A stretch of DNA of 64,000 bases, from positions 3,456,001-3,520,000 of the forward strand of contig OZ240248.1 of the NCBI GenBank assembly GCA_965198235.1, read 5' to 3'. Of the stretch, positions 1-8,754 are shown piece after piece; position 1 is the stretch's first letter; the number at the start of each line of letters is the position of its first letter. A program made the translations under genes and the position numbers. The notes beneath the pieces were generated by a model. That model was not told where the DNA came from, searched no databases, and saw only the letters and a list, made by a program, of their open reading frames with translations. The stretch comes from Candidatus Poribacteria bacterium (GTDB lineage Bacteria > Poribacteria > WGA-4E > WGA-3G).

Positions 1-72
1 CAACTGCGGAATGACTGCGTGTGCAGTGTTTGCGGTAGCGAAAAAAACAAAGAGGAGACTCAGCAGGAATAG
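1..72 (+). CDS. 3' end of an upstream gene (partial), ends ...QLRNDCVCSVCGSEKNKEETQQE*; possible C-terminal Zn-binding CxxC
   Basis: Open frame 1 from the window edge to TAG at 70-72 with a CSVCG motif; too short to assign. Confidence 0.3.
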   Translation, partial: QLRNDCVCSVCGSEKNKEETQQE

Positions 73-250
73 TTGTCGGTTATCAGTTGTCAGTTTTCGG
101 TTAAGAGGTTTTATGTAACGACCTTTGTCGCTGTTGGAATCAGCCAAGTTTGGGAAGATTGTCATCAGTGCTCTCTTTAACTGAAAACCAGTGAACGAAG
201 ACCGATAACCATCTTGCTGACTGCTGACTGCTGGTTGCTGACGGCTGTTC
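72..250. repeat. Intergenic degenerate heptamer-repeat element (GTTRTCR / CTGAHWA / CTGRYTG units) with complementary arms
   Basis: GTTGTCG-GTTATCA-GTTGTCA-GTTTTCG run, then the complementary AACTGAAAACC/ACCGATAACC and CTGACTG-CTGACTG-CTGGTTG units; related tract at 61800-61851. Confidence 0.6.
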
Positions 251-300
251 TTTATTGGTTGTCTCAATTTCGGTTTTCTCATTTGTAGTCACCTCGTATG

Positions 301-1488
301 CTACTTGGAGGTTTCCAAAAATCGGACAGCGAAATGCACCAAATTTTCAAGCATTCGACGGTTCTTAGAGACTTGCGAGTCTCTCTGATTGTGGAGGTTA
401 GTGACCAGATACATCCCTTTGCCATATTTTAGCTTGGCGACGACGATCTCTTTGCCATCATTGGTTGTCGCGAGAATCTCATATTTCTCATTCCATCCCT
501 TCCATGAATCATCAAGTGAAAGCTGTCCCGATCGAATACGGTTCGGTGCCTTAAAGAGTTCACCGGCGCGGGAGGTGGGTTGGAAATCATTATGAGATGG
601 GCTTTCCACACCCATAAGCGGTTCGGGCAGCCAACCGCTACCGCAAGGACGTTCCTTATCGCTGTCCTGTCCAGAAGCGATAACGATACCACCGTTTTTC
701 ACGAATTCCTTAATCCGATTCTCTTGTTTCTTGTTAAGTCGGTATCTCCCTGCAGAGAGCGAGCGAAAACCGAGCCATAGAATGTCTGCCTCGCGGAGTG
801 TCGGTAAATTACGGTCAGTCGTCGCATGATAAACAAAACCGAAGTCTGCTACAGCATCAAGTTCGGCGATAGCGCGCGGTTCTGAATCATATCTATCCGT
901 TTTGAATAGCAGAAGCTCAAGCGCGTCTCCACTGAGTAAATCACGCAATTCTTTTTGAAAATCCGGAGTTGAATCTCGCTTTGAGACCTTGTCTCTGTTG
1001 AGGTATTTCTCAAAGTGTGTAAAGAGCCACCAGCCCCACTCTGTGCGTTCCCTATTTTTCGCCGTGACTTGGGTTTGAAACCATTTCCCTCTTGTATGTG
1101 CGAGACTATCAATTCGTCCGCCCGCTTTCAGGTAGAAGACAATAATAGGTTCGTCTTCTTTCAGGAAATGGATAACCTCTTCTCTGTGATCTGCCTCTCC
1201 CTTGTAGACATCGAACCGAATCCGAATTTCCTCAAATTCGCTGGTGCCTTTAAGGTTCTCTTCCACCTTAACCTTCGCAGTCCGCCGCTTGACGTTAACC
1301 TCGGCGATGGTCCCGAATACGATATTGGTGCTTTCCGCAACGATTTGTCTGATGGTATAGCGTTTTGAGATGTAGCCTTCTACAGGAGATTGGATCAGCA
1401 TCAGGATACTGGCAACAAGCAAGCTGAAAAGGTAACCAAATTTCCGAAGAGTACTTAATTTAAATATAGAAGGGGATATTTTCATCAT
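301..1488 (-). CDS. Secreted hypothetical protein with a C-terminal class I GATase-like/DUF4159-like domain
   Basis: ORF track 301-1518; ATG at 1488 overlaps the upstream TGA (ATGA coupling); N-terminal hydrophobic segment; 'IKEFVKNGGIVIASG' and 'KYGKGMYLVT' resemble GATase1-like folds. Confidence 0.6.
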   Translation of the reverse strand: MMKISPSIFKLSTLRKFGYLFSLLVASILMLIQSPVEGYISKRYTIRQIVAESTNIVFGTIAEVNVKRRTAKVKVEENLKGTSEFEEIRIRFDVYKGEADHREEVIHFLKEDEPIIVFYLKAGGRIDSLAHTRGKWFQTQVTAKNRERTEWGWWLFTHFEKYLNRDKVSKRDSTPDFQKELRDLLSGDALELLLFKTDRYDSEPRAIAELDAVADFGFVYHATTDRNLPTLREADILWLGFRSLSAGRYRLNKKQENRIKEFVKNGGIVIASGQDSDKERPCGSGWLPEPLMGVESPSHNDFQPTSRAGELFKAPNRIRSGQLSLDDSWKGWNEKYEILATTNDGKEIVVAKLKYGKGMYLVTNLHNQRDSQVSKNRRMLENLVHFAVRFLETSK

Positions 1489-2597
1489 TGTGCTTTTCCT
1501 CTCGCTGCGATGTCCCACACAGATTCGACAATCCCGTTACGAATGCCGTAATATCTGTCGTGAAGGTTTACTGTCGTACAACAGTGTGTTGGTAAAATTT
1601 CAAGTTTATCTCCCGGTGTGAGAGAAACATTGGTATCGGATACTTGCATTTTTCCGTGTTCTTCAGAGAGTCCTGTCATTTCTGCGCCAGTTATACCAAT
1701 CGGTTGTGGAATACCGAACTCTTTTGCAAGCACTTTCAAGCCTGTATCCACTATGACTCGATGTGGATCTGGACGACTCACGACGGTTGCTAAAACGGAC
1801 AACGAGCAGTCGAACTGCTCTCCAACACCTTCTACATTTCGGTAGGTAGAATCCATGAAGACGTAGGAACCCGCCTGCACCTCTGTCATTTCTGGAATAC
1901 CCCCTGTAATGTTAAAGGTGCCTGTGCCACCCCCACTCATGATAGAAATTTCTACACCGTGTTTTTCGACATAGTGTTTCGCGTCAATCAGATGTTGCAT
2001 AGCCTCACGTGCTGCGGCATCCCGTTCCTTTAGGTCCTGCGTCGTAACAGTATGTCCCTCGTAGCCCATCAGTCCCTCAAACTTCAGGTTTGGACTTCGG
2101 CATATTTGCTCTGCCAGTGCTAACGTCGGTTTGCCGGGTTCAACACCACACCGGTCCATGCCGATGTTCACTTCTATTAACATTCTGACGGTTACGCCTT
2201 TGGCAGCTGCCGCCTCGGAGATGTCTTGCACGTTCTGAGGATTGTCGACTGCAACCATGATCTCCGAGTGCTTCGCGAGGTTGATGAGGCGAGCAATCTT
2301 ATGTGAGCCGACAACTTGGTTGGCTATCAACACATCTCGAACGCCAGCGTGAATCACCGCTTCTGCCTCACCAAGTTTCGCACAAGTAACCCCGATGGCA
2401 CCTGCAGCAATCTGTTTATGGGCAATGATAGGCGTTTTATGCGTCTTAACGTGGGGTCTCAGCATCGCGTTTACTGTCGTGAAGTAGTCCGCCATTGTCT
2501 GTATGTTGGCTTCCATTTTATCCAGATCAATCAGCAACGCGGGTGTGTCTAATTCCGTTTTGTGCATGCCGATAAAAGGTTCAGTGCTGATGTTCAT
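1485..2597 (-). CDS. DSD1/D-threonine aldolase family PLP-dependent enzyme (fold type III)
   Basis: LDTPAL...LRPHVKTHK (PLP Lys), GGGTGT, EVQAGSY, SEEHG, PTHCCTTVNLH motifs. Confidence 0.9.
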   Translation of the reverse strand: MNISTEPFIGMHKTELDTPALLIDLDKMEANIQTMADYFTTVNAMLRPHVKTHKTPIIAHKQIAAGAIGVTCAKLGEAEAVIHAGVRDVLIANQVVGSHKIARLINLAKHSEIMVAVDNPQNVQDISEAAAAKGVTVRMLIEVNIGMDRCGVEPGKPTLALAEQICRSPNLKFEGLMGYEGHTVTTQDLKERDAAAREAMQHLIDAKHYVEKHGVEISIMSGGGTGTFNITGGIPEMTEVQAGSYVFMDSTYRNVEGVGEQFDCSLSVLATVVSRPDPHRVIVDTGLKVLAKEFGIPQPIGITGAEMTGLSEEHGKMQVSDTNVSLTPGDKLEILPTHCCTTVNLHDRYYGIRNGIVESVWDIAARGKAQ

Positions 2598-2608
2598 TAG
2601 CCGTACTC

Positions 2609-3562
2609 CTAAAGTTGCTTAACGGGGTTTGACAGTGTGCCGAACCCATCAATTTCTATCTGGACAGTATCACCTGGGGCAAGGGGCAAATCGTTCGGAA
2701 CGATGATACCAGTGCCTGTTGAAACAACAGTCCCAAACGGAATCGGATTATCCCGCATCAAGAATTCAGTGAGTTCTTCAAACTTCCAGTTAATTTGAGA
2801 CGTATTGACATCGCCTTTATAGATTGTGTCTCCATCACGAAGAACAGTACACTGCATATCGAGATTATAGGGATCGTCCACTTCGGAGGGTGTAACAAAC
2901 ATGGGTCCAAGCGCGCAACATCCATAGAAGACTTTGGATTGTGGGAGATAGAGCGGATTGTCGCGTTCAATGTCCCATGCGGATACGTCGTTACAGAGGG
3001 TGTAACCGACGATTTCACCGTTGCTGCCAAGAACATAGGCAAGTTCTGGTTCGGTCGCTGTCAAGGAAGAATCGCTCCGAATGCCAATAAAACCGTTGGG
3101 TCCAACGCATCGCGAGGGTGTCGCTTTGAAGAATATCTCCGGGCGGTCGGCGAAATAGACACGACTATAGATGTCCTGTTCACTATCGTCATCACGCATG
3201 TCCGCACTCCGTTTATAGGTTACCCCGCATCCCCAAACTTCAGGAGAATCAATCGGGGATAAGAGATGTGGGACATTTTCGTCAGGGGCGATGTCTAATT
3301 TCTTGAGCGTGAGCCCTTCGGGTTCGGTAGGTTGGTTTCCTGCCTCTGGAAGTGAACGGAATTGTATCGGTGCGGGAGTCGCGACTTTCTCTTGGATGTC
3401 GGCAAGTATTACACCGAGGCTTACCTGCTCCCTGTCAGCGAGTTCTAACACCTCTAATACACCGGGTGATTCCTCGCTCGTTACATCGATCACTTCTTCA
3501 TCGCGGGTAACAATCCCAACCCGCTTGCCTAAATTCGGTAGATGAAATTGAATTAGTTTCAT
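2609..3562 (-). CDS. Fumarylacetoacetate-hydrolase family protein, 2-keto-3-deoxy sugar-acid dehydratase (KdaD-like)
   Basis: EVWGCGVTYKRS, RPEIFFKATP, EPELA, NDVSAWDIERDNPLYLPQSK, TGTGI motifs; start moved to MKLIQF (3562). Confidence 0.8.
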   Translation of the reverse strand: MKLIQFHLPNLGKRVGIVTRDEEVIDVTSEESPGVLEVLELADREQVSLGVILADIQEKVATPAPIQFRSLPEAGNQPTEPEGLTLKKLDIAPDENVPHLLSPIDSPEVWGCGVTYKRSADMRDDDSEQDIYSRVYFADRPEIFFKATPSRCVGPNGFIGIRSDSSLTATEPELAYVLGSNGEIVGYTLCNDVSAWDIERDNPLYLPQSKVFYGCCALGPMFVTPSEVDDPYNLDMQCTVLRDGDTIYKGDVNTSQINWKFEELTEFLMRDNPIPFGTVVSTGTGIIVPNDLPLAPGDTVQIEIDGFGTLSNPVKQL

Positions 3563-3813
3563 TTCTTTAATTTTACCTTGCGGTTCGGTCAGTAGGGTTA
3601 GATATTTAACGCGCCTCTCCGTAGATCCGTCCTCCACTTCGTTACGGACTACGCACTTGGGTTTCATGATTTCGAGATAAAAGAAGCGTCAGCACCCCAA
3701 TCCCAGTCGTGGATTAACCAAAAACCTGCGCGTAATGGAATGGAGCGCAGCCCAAGCTCCCATAAATTAAAAACTTTCCACTTCGTTCCAAGCTGCGCGC
3801 TCTTGTTTTCAAT

Positions 3814-4656
3814 TTAGGAAAATTCCAGTTGTGCCCACGCTTTTGCGTCCTTAACGACCGCGTCTGGTGTCCTTTGTGAATGGAGTAGATGCCCTTGAGT
3901 CGTCCGAAGCGTCGGTTGTCTGGCATCTTGATAACGGAAGTCTAAACTCCATCGGATGTGTGAAGCGCGGTTCGGTAACCCGCGGTGGAACAGAAGATTA
4001 CTGAAAATGACGACATCCCCCGGCATAATCTCGATACGGACGGCATCCGCCTCCACCGGTTTGATATAGTCATCGTGGATGCGCAGATAGTACTCGTCTT
4101 GTTCGTGTGGAACGACACCCCACTTATGGCTCCCCGGAATGAATTCCATACACCCGTTTTCAACGTTGACCGGCACTAAAGGTGTCCAGACATTCATCAT
4201 CCGCAAGGCATCAGCTTCTTTTGAAGTATAACCAGCATCTTGATGCCATAATACCTCTGTTCGTTTGTTCTCCGGTAGCTTCGGGCGAACCGAATAGTTC
4301 GGGTACAATCGGATCTCTGGACCGAGGATAATACCCGCGAGTTCAAGGAGGATAGGGTGTGCGAACACGTCAAAAAAACCTTCCCGATGGAGTTCCGATC
4401 GAAAAATGGTTGGGTTTTCGTCCGGATAGTTTTCGTAGAGCCGAATTAGGTGGGTTTCAAAAGAGGCATCGGGATAAGTGTCCGTCAGTTTTCCTTCCGC
4501 ATACCGGCGCAACGCCAGTTCGGCGACTAACGCTTCGCATTCGTGTTTGACAGCCTCAAGCGTTACGGGTTCCAAAACACCGCGCAGGATGGCGAACCCG
4601 TTCTCATTGAAGTTACTGATAACTGATCCCATTTTTATGCCCTCTCTGCGTGGCAT
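3814..4656 (-). CDS. Phytanoyl-CoA dioxygenase (PhyH) family Fe(II)/2OG dioxygenase
   Basis: WHQD, NGCMEFIPGSH, H..LPN...R motifs. Confidence 0.9.
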   Translation of the reverse strand: MPRREGIKMGSVISNFNENGFAILRGVLEPVTLEAVKHECEALVAELALRRYAEGKLTDTYPDASFETHLIRLYENYPDENPTIFRSELHREGFFDVFAHPILLELAGIILGPEIRLYPNYSVRPKLPENKRTEVLWHQDAGYTSKEADALRMMNVWTPLVPVNVENGCMEFIPGSHKWGVVPHEQDEYYLRIHDDYIKPVEADAVRIEIMPGDVVIFSNLLFHRGLPNRASHIRWSLDFRYQDARQPTLRTTQGHLLHSQRTPDAVVKDAKAWAQLEFS

Positions 4657-4689
4657 TTTTCGTGTTAAGCGAATCTCTCTGTTTCTCGT

Positions 4690-5307
4690 CTAATTTCCAC
4701 TCGGAACTAAGCCGGCTTCCATAAGAGACGAGACGACGACGTGAGCAGATTCTTCAAGCGAGAGTTCCGCTGTATTCACCATGACCTCTGGATCGGCAGG
4801 TGCTTCGTAAGGTGCACTGATGCCGGTAAACTCCTTAATCTCTCCAGCGCGTGCTTTTTGGTATAAGCCTTTCGTATCGCGCTCTTCACAGACCTCAAGC
4901 GGACAGTCGACGAAAACTTCAACGAATCTACCTTCAGCAATCAGTTCTCTTGCCTGATCCCTATCAGCGCGATAGGGCGAAATGAAGGCTGTCATAACGA
5001 TGGTGCCGGCATCTGCAAAAAGTTTCGCCACTTCACCAACGCGCCGGATATTTTCCTCGCGATCTTCAGGTGAGAAACCCAAATTCTTGTTCAGTCCATG
5101 GCGGACGTTGTCGCCGTCCAAGACGTAGGTATGGTGCTGTTGTTGATGTAGTACCTGTTCAACCGCGTTTGCTAACGTCGATTTACCGGAACCGGAGAGA
5201 CCTGTAAACCAAATCACACAGCCTTTCTGATTCAGCAATTTTTCTCTATCTTCTGCCGTGACAACCGCATCGTGCCACGTAATATTGGTTGCTTTCTGTT
5301 GAGCCAA
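4690..5307 (-). CDS. cysC: Adenylyl-sulfate (APS) kinase
   Basis: [19 protein letters not shown]-loop, [21 protein letters not shown]; TTG start at 5307 with GAGGA RBS. Confidence 0.95.
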   Translation of the reverse strand: MAQQKATNITWHDAVVTAEDREKLLNQKGCVIWFTGLSGSGKSTLANAVEQVLHQQQHHTYVLDGDNVRHGLNKNLGFSPEDREENIRRVGEVAKLFADAGTIVMTAFISPYRADRDQARELIAEGRFVEVFVDCPLEVCEERDTKGLYQKARAGEIKEFTGISAPYEAPADPEVMVNTAELSLEESAHVVVSSLMEAGLVPSGN

Positions 5308-5388
5308 TCGATTATTCCTCACATATTAGAATTCATAAAATTGAGGCGTTCCGAATTTGCCTCTATCGCCAGATACAATCATTTTACT

Positions 5389-5417
5389 ATTATACGCGCA
5401 GAAATCAATAATGTCAA
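5389..5417 (-). promoter_or_regulatory. sigma70-type promoter for cysC and downstream genes
   Basis: Perfect TTGACA-N17-TATAAT on the minus strand. Confidence 0.75.
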
Positions 5418-5435
5418 CCTAATTCGCAGAGGCAT

Positions 5436-7154
5436 TCAGTTTCTCTGTAGGACGGAACTCCGATTCTCAGTAATATAGATAATTTGATTTACGGGACTCT
5501 CGGTATTTGAGAAATCAAGCGTTTGCGTGTGCCCGTTTTGCCATTTTACTTTGATCGATTGAATTGTCTTTTGAACACCGATACCGAAAAAGAGCGTTCG
5601 CTCACTACCAGAGGCGTAACTTCCACCACACGTTGCCTCCCTGAACTGTGTTGTTTTATCTGTATGTACCCACACTTTCGCACCGATCCCATCGCGGTTG
5701 CTTTCGGTACCGACGAGCCGAATTTTTACCCAGTTGTGGACTTGGGAATCGTTTCGTAACAAAATAGGGGATTCACCACAACAGGTGACGAGAATATCCG
5801 TCGCGCCATCGTTGTTATAATCACCAACGGCGACACCGCGCGCGACAACAGAACGTTTGAAAAACCGACCCGCTGTCTCAAATAGATCCTTGAATTGTCC
5901 TGTTCCTGTGTTCCCAAAAATCTGGCATTGTTGCCTGTAGGAGAGCGATGGCGTAATCTCTGATACGTTGTCCCACACGTGCCCATTTGCGACGAAAAGT
6001 TCGAGTGTGCCGTTGTTATCTACATCAATGAACTGGGTGCCGAAGCCGAGTTTTGAGAAGCTTGGATCAGCGAGTCCTGCTTCAAAGGTGGTCATCGTAT
6101 AAAAGCCGTCATTATCGTTGCGAAAGAGGCTGTTGATTTCCAGGGAGAAGTTCGTAACGAAGAGATCTTGAACGCCGTCGTTATCGTAGTCCCCGGAAGC
6201 GATACCCATACTCGCTGTTGCACGCCCTTCTGAATTATAGGCAACCCCTGCAGTGATGGCGATGTCTGTGAAAGTTCCATCCTTGTTGTTCTGGTAGAGG
6301 AAATCGGGAACAGCATCGTTAGCAACGAAAATATCAGGATAACCGTCGTTGTTATAGTCTGTAAAGAGCGCGCCTAACCCTTTACCGGTGTTGTGAACCA
6401 TCGCGCGCGTCGTAACGTCTGTGAAGGTGCCATCACCATTGTTCCGATAAAGTGTATCACGCGCACCGGGGTATTCATGCGGACCACAATAAATATGAAC
6501 GCCTTCCAGGAAGCAAGCGTGAGCGGTCTCTAATTGATAATCCAAATAGTTTGCTACATAGAGGTCGAGGTGTCCGTCGAGATTAAAGTCACCGAAGGAC
6601 GCGCTAATACTCCATTTGCCGTCCCCGACACCGGCGTGTGACGTAACGTCTGTGAAGGTGCCGTTCCCATTGTTTCGATAGAGTTGGTTTCTACCGAAGT
6701 TGGTAAGGTAAAGGTCGGCATCACCATCATTGTCGTAGTCTGCCGCGAGACATCCCATGCCGTAACCGTAGTTTCGCTGAAGTTCCGCTTCTGCTGTGGC
6801 ATCAACGAATGTTCCATCACCTTTATTACGATAGAGAACGTTCATGTTATCAAGATGCCTGTGGGATTCGGAAGTGCTGCTGAGAGTGCCGCTATTGACA
6901 AGATAGATGTCGGGGTGTCCATCGTTATTGTAGTCAAAAAAGAGTCCACCGGATCCCATCGTTTCCGGTAGGTATTTCTCTTCAGATGCGCCATTGGTGT
7001 GTTTGAAATGGATACCCGCTTGCTGCCTCTGGTCTGTGAAGAGGCGTGTCGTTTCAGCAACGGACGGTATCACAGCACAGCAGACAAGTATCAGGTAGGC
7101 GAATAAGAGGGTTTCTGTTTTGGCACCGGGCGAGAGATAACAGTCGTTTTTCAA
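5436..7154 (-). CDS. CRTAC1-family FG-GAP/VCBS repeat protein with C-terminal ASPIC/UnbV domain
   Basis: Repeated DYxNDGxxDIY...LYRNNGxGTF motifs; 'SNRDGIGAKV...GGSYAS...FFGIG' ASPIC/UnbV tail; signal peptide. Confidence 0.92.
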   Translation of the reverse strand: MKNDCYLSPGAKTETLLFAYLILVCCAVIPSVAETTRLFTDQRQQAGIHFKHTNGASEEKYLPETMGSGGLFFDYNNDGHPDIYLVNSGTLSSTSESHRHLDNMNVLYRNKGDGTFVDATAEAELQRNYGYGMGCLAADYDNDGDADLYLTNFGRNQLYRNNGNGTFTDVTSHAGVGDGKWSISASFGDFNLDGHLDLYVANYLDYQLETAHACFLEGVHIYCGPHEYPGARDTLYRNNGDGTFTDVTTRAMVHNTGKGLGALFTDYNNDGYPDIFVANDAVPDFLYQNNKDGTFTDIAITAGVAYNSEGRATASMGIASGDYDNDGVQDLFVTNFSLEINSLFRNDNDGFYTMTTFEAGLADPSFSKLGFGTQFIDVDNNGTLELFVANGHVWDNVSEITPSLSYRQQCQIFGNTGTGQFKDLFETAGRFFKRSVVARGVAVGDYNNDGATDILVTCCGESPILLRNDSQVHNWVKIRLVGTESNRDGIGAKVWVHTDKTTQFREATCGGSYASGSERTLFFGIGVQKTIQSIKVKWQNGHTQTLDFSNTESPVNQIIYITENRSSVLQRN

Positions 7155-7192
7155 TTTTTCCGTATATCCCGCGTTATTGGTAGAATTTTAAA

Positions 7193-7310
7193 TAGGACTT
7201 ACACACTTTGTTGGTTGGTGGGGTTGTAACCGCACCGATCCCGTAGGGGTAAGCGTCTGGGTTCTCCATAACAAGATATGGGTCACGGCTCAATTTTTGC
7301 GTAAGTTCTG
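7193..7310. mobile_element. MITE (118 bp) with IS701-type terminal inverted repeats
   Basis: TAGGACTTACAC ... GCGTAAGTTCTG ends, flanked by a TTAAA direct repeat on both sides. Confidence 0.85.
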
Positions 7311-7318
7311 TTAAAAAT

Positions 7319-7345
7319 AAAAGCACCCAACGAATGGGTGCTTTT
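7319..7345. terminator. Rho-independent (bidirectional-type) terminator downstream of the 7361-8071 gene
   Basis: AAAAGCACCCA-ACGAA-TGGGTGCTTTT hairpin with A/T tracts. Confidence 0.8.
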
Positions 7346-7360
7346 AAGTGTTTGTTCTCC

Positions 7361-8071
7361 TTAGAATCCTGCTTTCAGCGAACCCCAAGTCGTAGTAAGT
7401 TTGTTTTGTGCTTCAACAGCAGTCTGTGGATCGGTTTCATTCGGATTGAATTCCACATCTGTTGTCGCGAAAATTTTATCAATGTATGTACCATCTTCGC
7501 GATGGGCGATATGCAATGTGTGATCTCCGTCAGACAGTTCTACCGGAACCGGATCGTCACCGTGCTGGACGAGTTCAGTCCCCTCAAAGGGACCGTCGCG
7601 CGTGTTCAATCGGAACCAGACCCATTCGGTTGTAAAATTAACCCGGAGTGACTCTGCTTCAAAGAAGTCCCAGATGTTCATGGGGCCGTCATTGGTAGAG
7701 GTGACGTCACCATCAGCGGCATCGAATACCCAATAACAGGAATTATCGCCGACTGATGGAGCGATTACACGTCCCCAGAAATGCCAATTGTCTGCATCGA
7801 CTGAGAATTCGTATTTCACCCAGTCACCGCCATCGTTTGTAGCACCGTTAGCTGAACCGATGAAAGCACCGCCGGACGCTTCAGTGATGGTGTAATCGTC
7901 TACGCTTTCGGCTGCGTTTCCTGGTTGATCGGACGGGGCTTCGAAGACTTCAAATTTGGTGCCGTTTGAATCGTTGAAGCTCTCTGCTTCCCAACTAATA
8001 TATTTCTGTGCGAATGCGGGTGAAACAATGAGACTTAGCATCGCCAATAAAATGATAGTTCGCATTAACAA
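7361..8071 (-). CDS. Secreted protein, probable carbohydrate-binding beta-sandwich, with C-terminal 'AVE..KLTTTWG.LK' motif
   Basis: Signal peptide (…PAFA|Q), WEAE start, 'GDHTLHIAHREDGTYIDK' CBM-like strand; tail AVEAQNKLTTTWGSLKAGF. Confidence 0.8.
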   Translation of the reverse strand: MLMRTIILLAMLSLIVSPAFAQKYISWEAESFNDSNGTKFEVFEAPSDQPGNAAESVDDYTITEASGGAFIGSANGATNDGGDWVKYEFSVDADNWHFWGRVIAPSVGDNSCYWVFDAADGDVTSTNDGPMNIWDFFEAESLRVNFTTEWVWFRLNTRDGPFEGTELVQHGDDPVPVELSDGDHTLHIAHREDGTYIDKIFATTDVEFNPNETDPQTAVEAQNKLTTTWGSLKAGF

Positions 8072-8154
8072 ACCTCCTTAGAAAAGTGGATTGAAGTTAT
8101 TATAGCACATTAGAAAAAAACATGCTACTTTTTTGAGCATTTTTTTTGAGCATT

Positions 8155-8301
8155 TATGGTGAATTATCAAAACATATAGACAACTCAGTGAATTAGGGGA
8201 CGAGTACACTCTCCCTTGGTAGACGGGTTTCTCAACGTCCCTCCCCGTATTGGGCGGGAACCGCGGTTCGCGCTATACCGTAAATTGTAAAATCAACTAT
8301 A
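8155..8301. mobile_element. MITE of a second family (TATGGTGAATT...AATYMACYATA ends)
   Basis: Left end TATGGTGAATTATCAAAACATATAGACAACTCAGTG is near-identical to 51925 and similar to the reverse complement of 27097-27131; right end AATCAACTATA. Confidence 0.7.
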
Positions 8302-8315
8302 GTTTTGCCTTCTTT

Positions 8316-8440
8316 AGTCCCATTGGGACGATATGTTTATAGAACACGTTTTTCCATGCCTAAGCCCCGTAGGGGCGGCATGTGTGTAGAAACAGAGGCT
8401 ATCCTTTTCTTGAAGCCCCAGCGAGGCGACATCTGTAGAG
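8316..8440. repeat. Three tandem REP-like palindromic units (AGCCCCgtaGGGGCGRCATGT..TAGAA)
   Basis: agtcccattgggacgatatg…, agccccgtaggggcggcatg…, agccccagcgaggcgacatc… at ~47-nt spacing; related copies near 47185 and 56228. Confidence 0.7.
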
Positions 8441-8462
8441 TCATAGTATGCCAAGGTCATCT

Positions 8463-8705
8463 CTACATCAAGGCATCTTCGACTTCTTCAGGGAGTTCGA
8501 CTGTACTTGGGTCAACATCAATGGGATACTCAGTGCCGTACGCTTCAACAAGGTTATCAAAAGTGACGTTATCTACACGCTCAAGATCGTCACCCGGATG
8601 AACAAGCCATACACCATAACAGCCGTCACAACTGACGAGATCTACATCGTTTTTTTCAATTGGAAACTGCGTCAAGGGATTATTACAATCAGGGCAAGGT
8701 AGCAT
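8463..8705 (-). CDS. Small acidic zinc-ribbon (zf-TFIIB-like) protein
   Basis: CPDC...CDGCYGVW motif; GAGGAGG RBS; D/E-rich C-terminus. Confidence 0.75.
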   Translation of the reverse strand: MLPCPDCNNPLTQFPIEKNDVDLVSCDGCYGVWLVHPGDDLERVDNVTFDNLVEAYGTEYPIDVDPSTVELPEEVEDALM

Positions 8706-8754
8706 ATACGTTCCTCCTCGGAATAGTCTCGATCACACGATCGAGTGCTAAGGG

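Noticed and set aside
8316-8440. Possible degenerate CRISPR (palindromic repeats with spacers)
   Set aside because: The repeats are divergent, the spacers are only ~17-20 nt, and the same palindrome occurs singly elsewhere; it is REP/BIME-like
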